A stretch of DNA of 64,000 nucleotides from the human T2T-CHM13v2.0 reference genome, Homo sapiens. The translations under genes and the position numbers were made by a program. Below, piece by piece: positions 62,490 through 64,000 of this stretch (position 1 is its first letter; each line of letters begins with the position of its first letter). Location: NCBI RefSeq assembly GCF_009914755.1, contig NC_060927.1, one strand, 5' to 3'. The notes under the pieces were generated by a model. It saw nothing but the letters and a program-made list of their open reading frames with translations, did not search any database and was not told the DNA's origin.

Positions 62490-63285
62490 AGAGTTTGATC
62501 TGTAAGATTAGGGCAATCAGAATTTAAATTCTTCTCTACTGCTTCCCAGTAATATAATCTTGAAGTTACTCAAAGCCCTTTTCAGTTTTATTTTCAGTGA
62601 AATGAAGAAAGGCAGAACCATTGTGACTAGCAAATCACACACATATAAAGTAGTTAAAAGAGTATGTAGCATAGAAGAAGCATGCAATAAATGTCAGCTA
62701 CCGTTTACTTTTGAACAAATATTTATTGAGTGATTACTACATACTTGATATTTTTCTAGTTACCTGAGTGACAGTACTGAACAAAAGAGACTAAAATATC
62801 TTCCTTCATGAAGATTACATTCCAATAAGAAGATAGACAATAAACAATGTATAAAATATATATTCTGTTTATTAAAAGTACTGCATAGAGGGGGATGCAA
62901 CTTTAGACAGGACAGTGGGAGAAGTATCACAGGTGGCATATGTGAGAAAGGACTAAAGGAAATGAGAAAGTAAGCCATGAAATTTTTAGGAAGATGAAAG
63001 TTTTCCAGGCATAGGAAACTGCAAGCGTAAACGTTCTGTTCCTCTAGAGGAACAACAGAGATCAGTATGTCTGGAATGCAGTGAGCCAAGTGGCATGTAA
63101 TATAAGCAATAAGAGGGGTGAGGTGGGTGGAAGAACAGTGGAACTTATCATGTAGGGCGTTGTGGCTAATAGTAATTCAATGACTTAAACTCTGAGTAAT
63201 ATGGGAAGTTATTGGAGAGTTCTGAGCAGAAGAATGGCATGATCAGACTTTTGCCAAAAGTCCTGTAGCTAACAATAGACAAAAG
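62490..63285. mobile_element. MIR (+, about 62490-62700) followed by L2 3' end (-, about 62710-63285)
   Basis: cagttttattttcagtgaaatg..caataaatgtcagcta, then aacaaatatttattgagtgattactac..gacttaaactctgagtaatatgggaag..tctgagcagaagaatggcatgatcagact. Confidence 0.7.
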
Positions 63286-64000
63286 TGTCCTCTAATCATC
63301 ATAATCAAGTAAACTATCTATTCCAGTTAGAGAAATACTGCTGTCAATTCTCTTATAATTAAGGGCTAATTATAAAGAGCTCTGTAATGCAGTGACCATA
63401 CATACTTTAGAAGAGAATTTCCCTACCATTCACACATAACTAGAACTTTGGACTCCAAATTCTATTTTGATGTACCTATCATCATTTAGAAATATAATTT
63501 ACAAAATGCTGATTACAAAATATACATACTCTGTTTTATTCAAAATTAAAACTGTGAAAGGATTTAGAGAAAATATTCCCTTGGCCTTATGTAGAATAGT
63601 CAGACAATTTTGTGGCTTTTTTATTGGTAACATCCACAGCTAAGTGATAACTAAATGTTCCTATTCTTCTAGTTGACGGGCAGTAAATATTCAAGACAAT
63701 GATGAGGGCATCATCCAGTGTGATATTCCGGATGGAAGTCCACACCACGTAAGTTAGTGTCCCTCTTGTCTCTCACATGAGCTGAATTTTCAGGAAAGCA
63801 GAGAAGTCAGGCAATCAGCCAACGGTCTGTGTTGCTTTCATTACAGACCTGCAAAGCATTTAAATCTTCAGAAGAGAAAGTTTCTGCCTTCTTAAAACCA
63901 GCTGTACACCAGCCACTCTCAATGGTCCATGAGGCACCCAGCTCAGAGAATTCCACTTCCCCCTAAAGATCGGTCAGAACTGCTGGGAAAAGCAAGCACT

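Overview
Human genomic DNA, AT-rich and repeat-dense. The species call rests on an AluYb8 carrying all its diagnostic positions, including the 7-bp duplication. No intact protein-coding gene, tRNA, rRNA or CRISPR array is supportable; nearly every long ORF in the track derives from L1, Alu or MaLR repeats. Main contents: two full-length but disabled + strand L1s with target-site duplications (TSDs), L1PA2-like at 10405-16425 and L1PA4/5-like at 48548-54687; a near-full-length old L1MA3-like element (about 35757-47010) hosting a THE1B provirus nested in an MSTA provirus, plus AluYb8 and AluS; three solo THE1 LTRs, an MLT2A, an ERV1-type LTR, several Alus, and L2/MIR/MADE2 relics. The most unusual signal is structural: a cluster of locally templated copy events between about 21.6 and 46.1 kb. 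It includes two interleaved inverted copies (156 and 235 bp) of the neighbouring L1's own sequence, each flanked by a 5-7 bp duplication and about 1.2 kb from its donor; a circularly permuted copy of a roughly 440-bp segment; a roughly 290-bp duplication that preserves the empty site of a THE1 LTR; and several micro-duplications and hairpins. I found no evidence for a new gene system. Subfamily names come from remembered consensus sequences and need RepeatMasker/Dfam confirmation; divergence counts were made by eye.
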